This document shows, piece after piece, positions 1 to 15,000 of a DNA stretch of 64,000 bases; positions within the stretch are counted from its first letter, which is position 1; every line of letters begins with the position of its first letter. The DNA comes from Eledone cirrhosa (lineage: Eukaryota), in assembly GCA_964016885.1 (NCBI GenBank), contig OZ024743.1, positions 232,686,001-232,750,000 on the forward strand, in the 5' to 3' direction. Both the position numbers and the translations under genes were made by a program. The notes beneath the pieces are model-generated. The model saw only the letters and a program-made list of their open reading frames with translations. It did not search any database and was not told the origin of the DNA.

Positions 1-3000
1 ATGTGTATCTATGTGTGTGTCAGTGTCTGTATGTGTATCTATGTGTGTCAGTGTCTGTATGTGTATCTGTGTGTGTCAGTGTCTGTATGTGTATCTGTGT
101 CAGTGTCAGTATGTGTATCTCTGTGTGTCAGTGTCAGTATGTGTATCTGTGTGTGTCAGTGTCTGCATGTGTATCTCTGTGTGTCAGTGTCTGCATGTGT
201 ATCTATGTGTGTCAGTGTCTGTATGTTTATCTATGTGTGTGTCAGTGTATGTATGTGTATCTATGAGTCAGTGTCTGTATGTGTATCTATGTGTCAGTGT
301 CAGAATGTGTATCTGTGTGTGTCAGTGTCTGTATGTGTATCTATGTGTCAGTGTCAGTATGTGTATCCGTGTGTGTCAGTGTCTGTATGTGTATCTATGT
401 GTGTCAGTGTCTGTATGTGTATCTATGTTTGTCAATGTCTGTATGTGTATTTGTGTGTGTCAGTGTCTGTATGTGTATATGTGTGTGTCAGTGTCTGTAT
501 GTGTATCTATGTGTGTCAGTATCTGTACGTGTATCTGTGTGTATCACTCTCAGTGTGTGTATCTGTGTGTCTGAGTGTCTGTATGTGTATCTATGTGTGT
601 GTCAGTGTCAGTATGTGTATCTAGGTGTGTCAGTGTCAGTATGTGTATCTGTGTGTGTCAGTGTCTGTATGTGTATCTATGTGTGTCAGTGTCAGTATGT
701 GTGTCTGTGTGTGTCAGTGTATGTATGTGTATATGTGTGTGTCAGTGTCTGTATGTGTATCTATGTGTGTCAGTGTCTGTATGTGTATCTGTGTGTGTCA
801 GTGTCAGTATGTGTATGTGTATCTATATGTGTCAGTGTCTGTATGTGTATCTATGTGTGTCAGTGTCAGTATGTGTATCTATGTGTGTGTCAGTGTCTGT
901 ATCTGTGTGTGTCAGTGTCTGTATGTGTATCGGTGTGTCAGTGTCTGTATGTGTATCTATGTGTGTCAGTGTCTGTATGTGTATCTGTGTGTGTCAGTGT
1001 CTGTATGTGTATCTGTGTGTCAGTGTCAGTATGTGTATCTATGTGTGTCAGTGTATGTATTTGTATCTATGTGTGTCAGTGTCTGTATGTGTATCTGTGT
1101 GTGTCAGTGTCTGTATGTGTATCTATGTGTGTCAGTGTCAGTCTGTGTATCTGTGTGTGTCAGTGTCAGTATATGTATGTGTATCTGTATGTGTCAGTGT
1201 CTGTATGTGTATCTATGTGTGTCAGTGTCAGTATGTGTATCTATGTGTGTCAGTGTCAGTATGTGTATATATGTGTCAGTATATGTATGTGTATCTGTGT
1301 GTGTCAGTGTCTGTATGTGTATCTGTGTGTCAGTGTCTGTATGTGTATCTATGTGTGTCAGTGTCTGTATGTTATCTATGTGTGTCAGTGTCTGTATGTG
1401 TATCTATGTGTGTCAGTGTCAGTATGTGTATCTATGTGTGTGTTAGTGTCTGTATGTGTATCTGTGTGTGTCAGTGTCTGTATGTGTATTTGTGTGTCAG
1501 TGTTTGTATGTGTATCTATGTGTGTCAGTGTCTGTATGTTATCTATGTGTGTCAGTGTCTGTATGTGTATCTATGTGTGTCAGTGTCAGTATGTGTATCT
1601 ATGTGTGTGTCAGTGTCTGTATGTGTATCTGTGTGTGTCAGTGTCTGTATGTGTATCTGTGTGTCAGTGTCTGTATGTGTATCTATGTGTGTCAGTGTCA
1701 GTATGTGTATCTATCTGTGTCAGTGTCTGTATGTGTATCTGTGTGTGTCAGTGTCTGTATGTGTATCTAAGAGTGTCAGTGTCTGTATGTGTATCTGTGT
1801 GTGTCAGTGTCTGTATGTGTATCTATGTGTGTCAGTGTCAGTATGTATATCTAAGTGTGTCAGTGTCTGTATGTGTATCTATGTGTGTCAGTGTCTGTAT
1901 GTGTATCTGTGTGTGTGTCAGTGTCTGTATGTGTATCTGTGTGTCAGTGTCTGTATGTGTATATATGTGTGTCAGTGTCAGTATGTGTATCTATGTGTCA
2001 GTGTCTGTATGTGTATCTGTGTGTCAGTGTCAGTATGTGTATCTGTGTGTGTCAGTGTCTGTATGTGTGTCTATGTGTGTCAGTGTCAGTATGTGTATCT
2101 GTGTGTGTCAGTGTCTGTATGTGTATCTGTGTGTGTCAGTGTATGTATGTGTATATGTGTGTCAGTGTATGTATGTGTTTCTATGTGTGTCAGTGTCAGT
2201 ATGTCTATCTGTGTGTGTCAGTGTCAGTATGTGTATCTGTGTGTGTCAGTGTATGTATGTGTATATGTGTGTCAGTGTCTGTATGTGTAACTATGTGTGT
2301 CAGTGTCAGCATGTGTATCTATGTGTCAGTGTCAGTATGTATATCTGTGTGTGTCAGTATCAGTATGTGTATCTATGTGTCGGTGTCAGTATGTATCTCT
2401 GTGTGTGTCAGTGTCTGTATGTGTATCTGAGTGTGTCAGTGTCTGTATGTGTATATGTGTGTCAGTGTCTGTATGTGTATCTATGTGTGTCAGTGTCTGT
2501 ATGTGTATCTACGTGTCAGTGTCAGTCTGTGTATCTGTGTGTGTCAGTGTCTGTATGTGTATCTCTGTGTGTCAGTGTCAGTATATGTATCTGTGTGTGT
2601 CGGTGTCTGTATGTTTATCAATGTGTGTCAGTGTCTGTATGTTTATCAATGTGTGTCAGTGTCAGTATGTGTATCTATGTGTGTCAGTGTCTGTATGTGT
2701 ATCTCTGTGTGTCAGTGTCTGTATGTGTATCTATGTGTGTCAGTGTCTGTATGTGTATCTGTGTGTGTCAGTCTCAGTATGTGTATCTGTGTGTGTCAGT
2801 GTCTGTATGTGTATCTATGTGTGTCAGTGTCAGTATGTGTATCTGTGTGTCAGTGTCTGTATGTGTATCTCTGTGTGTCAGTGTCTGTATGTGTATCTCT
2901 GTGTGTCAGTGTCTGTATGTGTATCTATGTGTGTCAGTGTCTGTATGTGTATCTGTGTGTGTCAGTCTCAGTATGTGTATGTGTGTGTCAGTGTCTGTAT

Positions 3001-6000
3001 GTGTATCTATGTGTGTCAGTGTCAGTATGTGTATCTCTGTGTGTCAGTGTCTGTATGTGTATCTATGTGTGTCAGTGTCTGTATGTGTATCTATGTGTGT
3101 CAGTCTCAGTATGTGTATCTGTGTGTGTCAGTGTCTGTATGTGTATCTATGTGTGTCAGTGTTAGTATGTGTATCTGTGTGTGTCAATGTCTGTATGTGT
3201 ATCTATGTGTGTCAGTATCTGTATGTGTATCTGTGTGTCAGTGTCAGTATGTGTATCTATGTGTCAGTGTCTGTATCTGTATCTGTGTGTGTCAGTGTCT
3301 GTATCTGTATCTGTGTGTGTCAGTGTCAGTATGTGTATCTGTGTGTGTGTCAGTGTCAGTATGTTTATATATGTGTCAGTGTCAGTATGTGTAACTATGT
3401 GTGTCAGTGTCTGTATGTGTATCTCTGTGTGTGTCAGTGTCAGTATGTGTATCTCTGTGTGTCAGTGTCTGTATGTGTATCCGTGTGTGTGTCAGTGTCA
3501 GTATGTGTATCTATGGGTGTCAGTGTCTGTATGTGTATCTGTGTGTGTCAGTGTCAGTATCAATATTTGTGTGTGTGTCAGTGTCAGTATGTGTATCTAT
3601 GTGTGTCAGTGTCAGTATGTGTATCTCTGTGTGTGTCAGTGTCTGTATGTGTATCTATGTGTCAGTGTCAGTATGTGTATCTATGGGTGTCAGTGTCAGT
3701 ATGTGTATCTGTGTGTGTCAGTGTCAGTATGAATATCTGTGTGTGTGTCAGTGTCAGTATGTGTATCTATGTGTGTCAGTGTCAGTATGTGTATCTGTGT
3801 GTGTCAGTGTCTGTATGTGTATCTATGTGTGTCAGTGTCTGTATGTATATATATGTGTGTGTCAGTGTCTGTATGTGTATATGTGTGTGTCAGTGTCTGT
3901 ATGTGTATATATGTGTGTCAGTGTCTGTATGTGTATCAATGTGTGTCAGTGTCTGTATGTGTATCTGTGTGTGTCTGTGTCTGTATGTGTATCTATGTGT
4001 GTCAGTGTCAGTATGTGTATCTGTGTGTGTGTGTCAGTGTCTGTATGTGTATCTGTGTGTTTCAGTGTCTGTATGTGTATCTGTGTGTGTCAGTGTCTGT
4101 ATGTGTATCTGTGTGTGTGTGTGTCTGTATGTGTATCTATGTGTGTCAGTGTCTGTATGTGTATATGTGTGTGTCAGTGTCTGTATGTGTATCTGTGTGT
4201 GTCTGTGTCTGTATGTGTATCTATGTGTGTCAGTGTCTGTATGTGTATCTGTGTGTGTGTGTGTCTGTATGTGTATCTATGTGTGTCAGTGTCTGTATGT
4301 GTATATGTGTGTGTCAGTGTCTGTATGTGTATCTGTGTGTGTCTGTGTCTGTATGTGTATCTATGTGTGTCAGTGTCTGTATGTGTATCTGTGTGTGTTT
4401 GTGTCTGTATGTGTATCTATATGTGTCAGTGTCTGTATGTGTATCTGTGTGTGTCAGTGTCTGTATGTGTATCTATGTGTGTCAGTGTCTGAATGTGTAT
4501 CTGTGTGTGTCAGTGTCAGTATGTGTATCTGTGTGTGTCAGTGTCTGTATGTGTATCTATGTGTGTCAGTGTCTGTATGTGTATCTGTGTGTGTCAGTGT
4601 CAGTATGTGTATCTGTGTGTGTCAGTGTCTGTATGTGTATCTGTGTGTGTCAGTGTCTGTATGTGTATCTGTGTGTGTCAGTGTCTGTATCTGTATCTGT
4701 GTGTGTGTCAGTGTCAGTATGTGTATCTATGTGTGTTAATGTCAGTATGTGTATCTGTTTGTGTGTCAGTGTCAGTATGTGTATCTATGTGTGTGTCTGT
4801 GTCTGTATGTGTAAGTATGTGTGTCAGTGTCAGTATGTGTATCTGTGGCAGTGTCTGTATGTGTATCTATGTGTGTCAGTGTCTGTATGTGTATCTCTGT
4901 GTGTCAGTGTCAGCATGTGTATCTATGTGTGTCAGTGTCTGTATGTGTATCTGTGTGTGTCAGTGTCTGTGTGTGTATCTGTGTCAGTGTCAGTATGTGT
5001 ATCTCTGTGTGTCAGTGTCAGTATGTGTATCTGTGTGTATCAGTGTCTGCATGTGTATCTATGTGTGTCAGTGTATGTATGTTTATATATGAGTGTCAGT
5101 GTATGTATGTGTATCTATGTGTGTGTCAGTGTATGTATGTGTATCTATGTGTCAGTGTCTGTATGTGTATCTATGTGTCAGTGTCAGTATGTGTATCTGT
5201 GTGTGTCAGTGTATGTATGTGTATCTATGTGTCAGTGTCAGTATGTGTATCCGTGTGTGTCAGTGTCTGTATGTGTATCTATGTGTGTCAGTGTCTGTAT
5301 GTGTATCTATGTGTGTCAGTGTCTGTATGTGTATCTGTGTGTGTCAGTGTCTGTATGTGTATCTATGTGTCAGTGTCAGTATGTGTATCTGTGTGTGTCA
5401 GTGTCTGTATGTGTATCTATGTGTCAGTGTCTGTATGTGTATCTGTGTGTGTCAATGTCAGTATGTGTATCTATGTGTGTCAGTGTCTGTATGTGTATCT
5501 ATGTGTGTCAGTGTATGTATGTGTATCTGTGTGTGTCAGTGTCTGTATGTGTATCTGTGTGTGTCAGTGTCTGTATGTGTATCTCTGTGTGTCAGTGTCA
5601 GCATGTGTATCTATGTGTGTCAGTGTCTGTATGTGTATCTGTGTGTGTCAGTGTCTGTATGTGTATCTCTTTCAGTGTCAGTATGTGTATCTCTGTGTGC
5701 CAGTGTCAGTATGTGTATCTGTGTGTGTCAGTGTCTGCATGTGTATCTATGTGTGTCAGTGTCTGTATGTTTATCTATGTGTGTCAGTGTATGTATGTGT
5801 ATCTATGTGTGTGTCAGTGTATGTATGTGTATCTATGTGTCAGTGTATGTATGTGTATCTATGTGTCAGTGTCAGTATGTGTATCTGTGTGTGTCAGTGT
5901 CTGTATGTGTATCTATGTGTCAGTGTCAGTATGTGTATCCGTGTGTGTCAGTGTCTGTATGTGTATCTATGTGTGTCAGTGTCTGTATGTGTATCTATGT

Positions 6001-9000
6001 TTGTCAGTGTCTGTATGTGTATTTGTGTGTGTCAGTGTCTGTATGTGTATATGTGTTTGTCAGTGTCTGTATGTGTATCTATGTGTGTCAGTATCTGTAC
6101 GTGTATCTGTGTGTATCACTCTCAGTGCGTGTATCTGTGTGTGTGAGTGTCTGTATGTGTATCTATGTGTGTGTCAGTGTCAGTATGTGTATCTAGGTGT
6201 GTAAGTGTCAGTATGTGTATCTGTGTGTGTCAGTGTCTGTATGTGTATCTATGTGTGTCAGTGTCAGTATGTGTGTCTGTGTGTGTCAGTGTATGTATGT
6301 GTATCTGTGTGTGTCAGTGCCTGTATGTGTATCTATGTGTGTCAGTGTCTGTATGTGTCAGTGTCAGTATGTGTCTCTGTGTGTCAGTGTCAGTATCTGT
6401 ATCTGTGTGTGTCAGAGTCAGTATGTGTATCTATGTATCAGTGTCAGTATGTGTATCTGTGTGTGTCAGTGTCTGTATGTGTATCTATGTATCAGTGTCA
6501 GTATGTGTATCTATGTGTGTCAGTGTCAGTATGTGTATCTCTGTGTATCAGTGTCAGTATGTGTATCTATGTGTGTCAGTGTCAGTCTGTGTATCTGTGT
6601 GTGTCGGTGTCAGTATGTGAATCTATGTGTGTCAGTGTCAGTATGTGTATCTGTGTGTGTCAGTGTCTGTCTGTGTATCTGTGTGTGTCAGTGTCAGTAT
6701 GTGTATCTATGTGTGTCAGTGTCAGTATGTGTATCTATGTGTATCACTGTCAGTATGTGTATCTCTGTGTGTCAGTGTCAGTATGTGTATCTGTGTGTGT
6801 CTGTGTCTGTATGTGTATCTATGTGTGCCAGTGTCTGTATGTGTATCTGTGTGTGTCAGTGTCTGTATGTGTATCTATGTGTCAGTGTCAGTATGTGTAT
6901 CTGTGTGTGTCAGTGTCTGTATGTGTATCTATGTGTCAGTGTCTGTATGTGTATCTGTGTGTGTCAATGTCAGTATGTGTATCTATGTGTGTCAGTGTCT
7001 GTATGTGTATCTATGTGTGTCAGTGTATGTATGTGTATCTGTGTGTGTCAGTGTCTGTATGTGTATCTGTGTGTGTCAGTGTCTGTATGTGTATCTGTGT
7101 GTGTGTCAGTGTCTGTATGTGTATCTGTGTGTCAATGTCTGTATGTGTATCTATGTGTGTCAGTGTCAGTATGTGTATCTATGTGTGTGTCAGTGTCTGT
7201 ATGTGTGTCTATGTGTGTCAGTGTCAGTATGTGTATCTGTGTGTGTCAGTGTCTGTATGTGTATATGTGTGTCAGTGTCTGTATGTGTAACTATGTGTGT
7301 CAGTGTCAGTATGTGTATCTATGTGTCAGTGTCAGTATGTATCTCTGTGTGTGTCAGTGCCTGTATGTGTATCTGTGTGTCAGTGTCTGTATGTGTATCT
7401 ATGTGTGTCAGTGTCTGTATGTGTATCTATGTGTCAGGGTCTGTATGTGTATCTATGTGTGTCAGTGTCTGTATGTGTATCTATGTGTCAGTGTCAGTAT
7501 GTATCTCTGTGTGTGTCAGTGTCTGTATGTGTATCTGTGTGTCAGTGTCAGTCTGTGTATCTGTGTGTGTCAGTGTCTGTATGTGTATCTCTGTGTGTCA
7601 GTGTCAGTATATGTATCTGTGTGTGTCGGTGTCTGTATGTTTATCAATGTGTGTCAGTGTCTGTATGTTTATCAATGTGTGTCAGTGTCAGTATGTGTAT
7701 CTCTGTGTGTCAGTGTCTGTATGTGTATCTCTGTGTGTCAGTGTATGTATGTGTATCTATGTGTGTCAGTCTCAGTATGTGTATCTCTGTGTGTCAGTGT
7801 CTGTATGTGTATCTATGTGTGTCAGTGTCAGTATGTGTATCTGTGTGTGTGTCAGTGTCTGTATGTGTATCTATGTGTGTCAGTATCTGTATGTGTATCT
7901 GTGTGTCAGTGTCAGTATGTGTATCTATGTATCAGTGTCTGTATCTGTATCTGTGTGTGTCAGTGTCAGAATGTGTATCTGTGTGTGTGTCAGTGTCAGT
8001 ATGTGTATATATGTGTCAGTGTCAGTATGTGTATCTATGTGTGTCAGTGTCTGTATGTGTATCTCTGTGTGTGTCAGTGTCTGTATGTGTATCTGTGTGT
8101 GTGTCAGTGTCAGTATGTGTATCTATGGGTGTCAGTGTCAGTATGTGTATCTGTGTGTGTCAGTGTCAGTATGAATATCTGTGTGTGTGTCAGTGTCAGT
8201 ATGTGTATCTATGTGTGTCAGTGTCAGTATGTGTATCTGTGTGTGTCAGTGTCTGTATGTGTATCTATGTGTGTCAGTGTCTGTATGTATATATATGTGT
8301 GTGTCAGTGTCTGTATGTGTATATGTGTGTGTCAGTGTCTGTATGTGTATATATGTGTGTCAGTGTCTGTATGTGTATCAATGTGTGTCAGTGTCTGTAT
8401 GTGTATCTGTGTGTGTCTGTGTCTGTATGTGTATCTATGTGTGTCAGTGTCAGTATGTGTATCTGTGTGTGTGTGTCAGTGTCTGTATGTGTATCTGTGT
8501 GTTTCAGTGTCTGTATGTGTATCTGTGTGTGTCAGTGTCTGTATGTGTATCTGTGTGTGTGTGTGTCTGTATGTGTATCTATGTGTGTCAGTGTCTGTAT
8601 GTGTATATGTGTGTGTCAGTGTCTGTATGTGTATCTGTGTGTGTCTGTGTCTGTATGTGTATCTATGTGTGTCAGTGTCTGTATGTGTATCTGTGTGTGT
8701 GTGTGTCTGTATGTGTATCTATGTGTGTCAGTGTCTGTATGTGTATATGTGTGTGTCAGTGTCTGTATGTGTATCTGTGTGTGTCTGTGTCTGTATGTGT
8801 ATCTATGTGTGTCAGTGTCTGTATGTGTATCTGTGTGTGTTTGTGTCTGTATGTGTATCTATATGTGTCAGTGTCTGTATGTGTATCTGTGTGTGTCAGT
8901 GTCTGTATGTGTATCTATGTGTGTCAGTGTCTGAATGTGTATCTGTGTGTGTCAGTGTCAGTATGTGTATATGTGTGTGTCAGTGTCTGTATGTGTATCT

Positions 9001-12000
9001 ATGTGTGTCAGTGTCTGTATGTGTATCTGTGTGTGTCAGTGTCAGTATGTGTATCTGTGTGTGTCAGTGTCTGTATGTGTATCTGTGTGTGTCAGTGTCT
9101 GTATGTGTATCTGTGTGTGTCAGTGTCTGTATCTGTATCTGTGTGTGTGTCAGTGTCAGTATGTGTATCTATGTGTGTTAATGTCAGTATGTGTATCTGT
9201 TTGTGTGTCAGTGTCAGTATGTGTATCTATGTGTGTGTCAGTGTCTGTATGTGTAAGTATGTGTGTCAGTGTCAGTATGTGTATCTGTGTCAGTGTCTGT
9301 ATGTGTATCTATGTGTGTCAGTGTCTGTATGTGTATCTCTGTGTGTCAGTGTCAGCATGTGTATCTATGTGTGTCAGTGTCTGTATGTGTATCTGTGTGT
9401 GTCAGTGTCTGTGTGTGTATCTGTGTCAGTGTCAGTATGTGTATCTCTGTGTGTCAGTGTCAGTATGTGTATCTGTGTGTATCAGTGTCTGCATGTGTAT
9501 CTATGTGTGTCAGTGTATGTATGTTTATATATGAGTGTCAGTGTATGTATGTGTATCTATGTGTGTGTCAGTGTATGTATGTGTATCTATGTGTCAGTGT
9601 CTGTATGTGTATCTATGTGTCAGTGTCAGTATGTGTATCTGTGTGTGTCAGTGTATGTATGTGTATCTATGTGTCAGTGTCAGTATGTGTATCCGTGTGT
9701 GTCAGTGTCTGTATGTGTATCTATGTGTGTCAGTGTCTGTATGTGTATCTATGTGTGTCAGTGTCTGTATGTGTATCTGTGTGTGTCAGTGTCTGTATGT
9801 GTATCTATGTGTCAGTGTCAGTATGTGTATCTGTGTGTGTCAGTGTCTGTATGTGTATCTATGTGTCAGTGTCTGTATGTGTATCTGTGTGTGTCAATGT
9901 CAGTATGTGTATCTATGTGTGTCAGTGTCTGTATGTGTATCTATGTGTGTCAGTGTATGTATGTGTATCTGTGTGTGTCAGTGTCTGTATGTGTATCTGT
10001 GTGTGTCAGTGTCTGTATGTGTATCTCTGTGTGTCAGTGTCAGCATGTGTATCTATGTGTGTCAGTGTCTGTATGTGTATCTGTGTGTGTCAGTGTCTGT
10101 ATGTGTATCTCTTTCAGTGTCAGTATGTGTATCTCTGTGTGCCAGTGTCAGTATGTGTATCTGTGTGTGTCAGTGTCTGCATGTGTATCTATGTGTGTCA
10201 GTGTCTGTATGTTTATCTATGTGTGTCAGTGTATGTATGTGTATCTATGTGTGTGTCAGTGTATGTATGTGTATCTATGTGTCAGTGTATGTATGTGTAT
10301 CTATGTGTCAGTGTCAGTATGTGTATCTGTGTGTGTCAGTGTCTGTATGTGTATCTATGTGTCAGTGTCAGTATGTGTATCCGTGTGTGTCAGTGTCTGT
10401 ATGTGTATCTATGTGTGTCAGTGTCTGTATGTGTATCTATGTTTGTCAGTGTCTGTATGTGTATTTTTGTGTGTCAGTGTCTGTATGTGTATATGTGTTT
10501 GTCAGTGTCTGTATGTGTATCTATGTGTGTCAGTATCTGTACGTGTATCTGTGTGTATCACTCTCAGTGCGTGTATCTGTGTGTGTGAGTGTCTGTATGT
10601 GTATCTATGTGTGTGTCAGTGTCAGTATGTGTATCTAGGTGTGTAAGTGTCAGTATGTGTATCTGTGTGTGTCAGTGTCTGTATGTGTATCTATGTGTGT
10701 CAGTGTCAGTATGTGTGTCTGTGTGTGTCAGTGTATGTATGTGTATCTGTGTGTGTCAGTGCCTGTATGTGTATCTATGTGTGTCAGTGTCTGTATGTGT
10801 CAGTGTCAGTATGTGTCTCTGTGTGTCAGTGTCAGTATCTGTATCTGTGTGTGTCAGAGTCAGTATGTGTATCTATGTATCAGTGTCAGTATGTGTATCT
10901 GTGTGTGTCAGTGTCTGTATGTGTATCTATGTATCAGTGTCAGTATGTGTATCTATGTGGGTCAGTGTCAGTATGTGTATCTCTGTGTATCAGTGTCAGT
11001 ATGTGTATCTATGTGTGTCAGTGTCAGTCTGTGTATCTGTGTGTGTCAGTGTCAGTATGGGTATCTGTGTGTATCAGTGTCTGTATGTGTATCTTTGTGA
11101 ATCAGTGTCAGTATGTGTATCTGTGTTTGTCAATGTCTGTATGTATATCTGTGTGTCAGTGTCAGTATGTGTATCTATGTGTATCAGTGTCAGTATGTGT
11201 ATCTATGTGTGTCAGTGTCAGTATGTGTATCTGTGTGTCAGTGTCTGTCTGTGTATCTGTGTGTGTCGGTGTCAGTATGTGAATCTATGTGTGTCAGTGT
11301 CAGTATGTGTATCTGTGTGTGTCAGTGTCTGTCTGTGTATCTGTGTGTGTCAGTGTCAGTATGTGTATCTATGTGTGTCAGTGTCAGTATGTGTATCTAT
11401 GTGTATCACTGTCAGTATGTGTATCTCTGTGTGTCAGTGTCAGTATGTGTATCTGTGTGTGTCTGTGTCTGTATGTGTATCTATGTGTGCCAGTGTCTGT
11501 ATGTGTATCTGTGTGTGTCAGTGTCTGTATGTGTATCTATGTGTCAGTGTCAGTATGTGTATCTGTGTGTGTCAGTGTCTGTATGTGTATCTATGTGTCA
11601 GTGTCTGTATGTGTATCTGTGTGTGTCAATGTCAGTATGTGTATCTATGTGTGTCAGTGTCTGTATGTGTATCTATGTGTGTCAGTGTATGTATGTGTAT
11701 CTGTGTGTGTCAGTGTCTGTATGTGTATCTGTGTGTGTCAGTGTCTGTATGTGTATCTGTGTGTGTGTCAGTGTCTGTATGTGTATCTGTGTGTCAATGT
11801 CTGTATGTGTATCTATGTGTGTCAGTGTCAGTATGTGTATCTATGTGTGTGTCAGTGTCTGTATGTGTGTCTATGTGTGTCAGTGTCAGTATGTGTATCT
11901 GTGTGTGTCAGTGTCTGTATGTGTATATGTGTGTCAGTGTCTGTATGTGTAACTATGTGTGTCAGTGTCAGTATGTGTATCTATGTGTCAGTGTCAGTAT

Positions 12001-15000
12001 GTATCTCTGTGTGTGTCAGTGTCTGTATGTGTATCTGTGTGTCAGTGTCTGTATGTGTATCTATGTGTGTCAGTGTCTGTATGTGTATCTATGTGTCAGT
12101 GTCTGTATGTGTATCTATGTGTGTCAGTGTCTGTATGTGTATCTATGTGTCAGTGTCAGTATGTATCTCTGTGTGTGTCAGTGTCTGTATGTGTATCTGT
12201 GTGTCAGTGTCAGTCTGTGTATCTGTGTGTGTCAGTGTCTGTATGTGTATCTCTGTGTGTCAGTGTCAGTATATGTATATGTGTGTGTCGGTGTCTGTAT
12301 GTTTATCAATGTGTGTCAGTGTCTGTATGTTTATCAATGTGTGTCAGTGTCAGTATGTGTATCTCTGTGTGTCAGTGTCTGTATGTGTATCTCTGTGTGT
12401 CAGTGTATGTATGTGTATCTATGTGTGTCAGTCTCAGTATGTGTATCTCTGTGTGTCAGTGTCTGTATGTGTATCTATGTGTGTCAGTGTCAGTATGTGT
12501 ATCTGTGTGTGTGTCAGTGTCTGTATGTGTATCTATGTGTGTCAGTATCTGTATGTGTATCTGTGTGTCAGTGTCAGTATGTGTATCTATGTATCAGTGT
12601 CTGTATCTGTATCTGTGTGTGTCAGTGTCAGAATGTGTATCTGTGTGTGTGTCAGTGTCAGTATGTGTATATATGTGTCAGTGTCAGTATGTGTATCTAT
12701 GTGTGTCAGTGTCTGTATGTGTATCTCTGTGTGTGTCAGTGTCTGTATGTGTATCTGTGTGTGTGTCAGTGTCAGTATGTGTATCTATGGGTGTCAGTGT
12801 CAGTATGTGTATCTGTGTGTGTCAGTGTCAGTATCAATATCTGTGTGTGTGTCAGTGTCAGTATGTGTATCTATGTATGTCAGTGTCAGTATGTGTATCT
12901 ATGTGTGTCAGTGTCTGTATGTGTATATGTGTGTGTCAGTGTCAGTATGTGTATCTGTGTGTCAGTGTCTGTATGTGTATCTGTGTGTGTCAGTGTCAGT
13001 ATCAATATCTGTGTGTGTGTCAGTGTCTGTGTGTGTATATATGTGTGTCAGTGTATGTATGTGTATCTGTGTGTGTCAGTGTCAGTATGTCTATCTATGT
13101 GTGTCAGTGTCTGTATGTGTATCTGTGTGTGTCTGTGTCTGTATGTGTATCTGTGTGTCAGTGTCTGTATGTGTATCTGTGTGTGTCAGTGTCAGTATGT
13201 GTATCTGTGTGTGTCAGTGTCAGTATGTGTATCTGTGTGTCAGTGTCAGTATGTGTATCTGTGTGTGTCAGTGTCAGTATCAATATCTGTGTGTGTGTCA
13301 GTGTCAGTATGTGTATCTATGTGTGTCAGTGTCAGTATGTGTATCTATGTGTGTCAGTGTCTGTATGTGTATCTGTGTGTCAGTGTCTGTATGTGTATAT
13401 ATGTGTGTCAGTGTCTGTATGTGTATCTGTGTGTCAGTGTCTGTATGTGTATATATGTGTGTCAGTGTCTGTATGTGTATCTGTGTGTGTCAGTGTCAGT
13501 ATGTGTATCTATGTGTGTCAGTGTCTGTATGTGTATCTGTGTGTGTCTGTGTCTGTATGTGTATCTATGTGTGTCAGTGTCAGTATGTGTATCTGTGTGT
13601 GTGTCAGTGTATGTATGTGTATCTGTGTGTGTCACTGTCTGTATGTGTATCTGTGTGTGTCAGTGTCTGTATGTGTATCTATGTGTCAGTGTCAGTATGT
13701 GTATCTGTGTGTGTCAGTGTCTGTATATGTATCTATGTGTCAGTGTCTGTATGTGTATCTGTGTGTGTGAATGTCAGTATGTGTATCTATGTGTGTCAGT
13801 GTCTGTATGTGTATCTATGTGTGTCAGTGTATGTATGTGTATCTGTGTGTGTCAGTGTCTGTATGTGTATCTGTGTGTGTCAGTGTCTGTATGTGTATCT
13901 GTGTGTGTGTCAGTGTCTGTATGTGTATCTGTGTGTCAATGTCTGTATGTGTATCTATGTGTGTCAGTGTCAGTATATGTATCTATGTGTGTGTCAGTGT
14001 CTGTATGTGTGTCTATGTGTGTCAGTGTCAGTATGTGTATCTGTGTGTGTCAGTGTCTGTATGTGTGTATATGTGTGTCAGTGTCTGTATGTGTAACTAT
14101 GTGTATCAGTGTCAGTATGTGTATCTATGTGTCAGTGTCAGTATGTATCTCTGTGTGTGTCAGTGTCTGTATGTGTATCTGTGTGTCAGTGTCTGTATGT
14201 GTATCTATGTGTGTCAGTGTCTGTATGTGTATCTACGTCTCAGTGTCAGTCTGTGTATCTGTGTGTGTCAGTGTCTGTATGTGTATCTCTGTGTGTCAGT
14301 GTCAGTATATGTATCTGTGTGTGTCGGTGTCTGTATGTTTATCAATGTGTGTCAGTGTCTGTATGTTTATCAATGTGTGTCAGTGTCAGTATGTGTATCT
14401 CTGTGTGTCAGTGTCTGTATGTGTATCTCTGTGTGTCAGTGTATGTATGTGTAACTATGTGTATCAGTGTCAGTATGTGTATCTATGTGTCAGTGTCAGT
14501 ATGTATCTCTGTGTGTGTCAGTGTCTGTATGTGTATCTGTGTGTCAGTGTCTGTATGTGTATCTATGTGTGTCAGTGTCTGTATGTGTATCTACGTGTCA
14601 GTGTCAGTCTGTGTATCTGTGTGTGTCAGTGTCTGTATGTGTATCTCTGTGTGTCAGTGTCAGTATATGTATCTGTGTGTGTCGGTGTCTGTATGTTTAT
14701 CAATGTGTGTCAGTGTCTGTATGTTTATCAATGTGTGTCAGTGTCAGTATGTGTATCTCTGTGTGTCAGTGTCTGTATGTGTATCTCTGTGTGTCAGTGT
14801 ATGTATGTGTATCTATGTGTGTCAGTCTCAGTATGTGTATCTGTGTGTGTCAGTGTCTGTATGTGTATCTATGTGTGTCAGTGTCTGTATGTGTATCTAT
14901 GTGTGTCAGTATCTGTATGTGTATCTGTGTGTCAATATCTGTATGTGTATCTGTGTGTCAGTGTCAGTATGTGTATCTATGTGTCAGTGTCTGTATCTGT

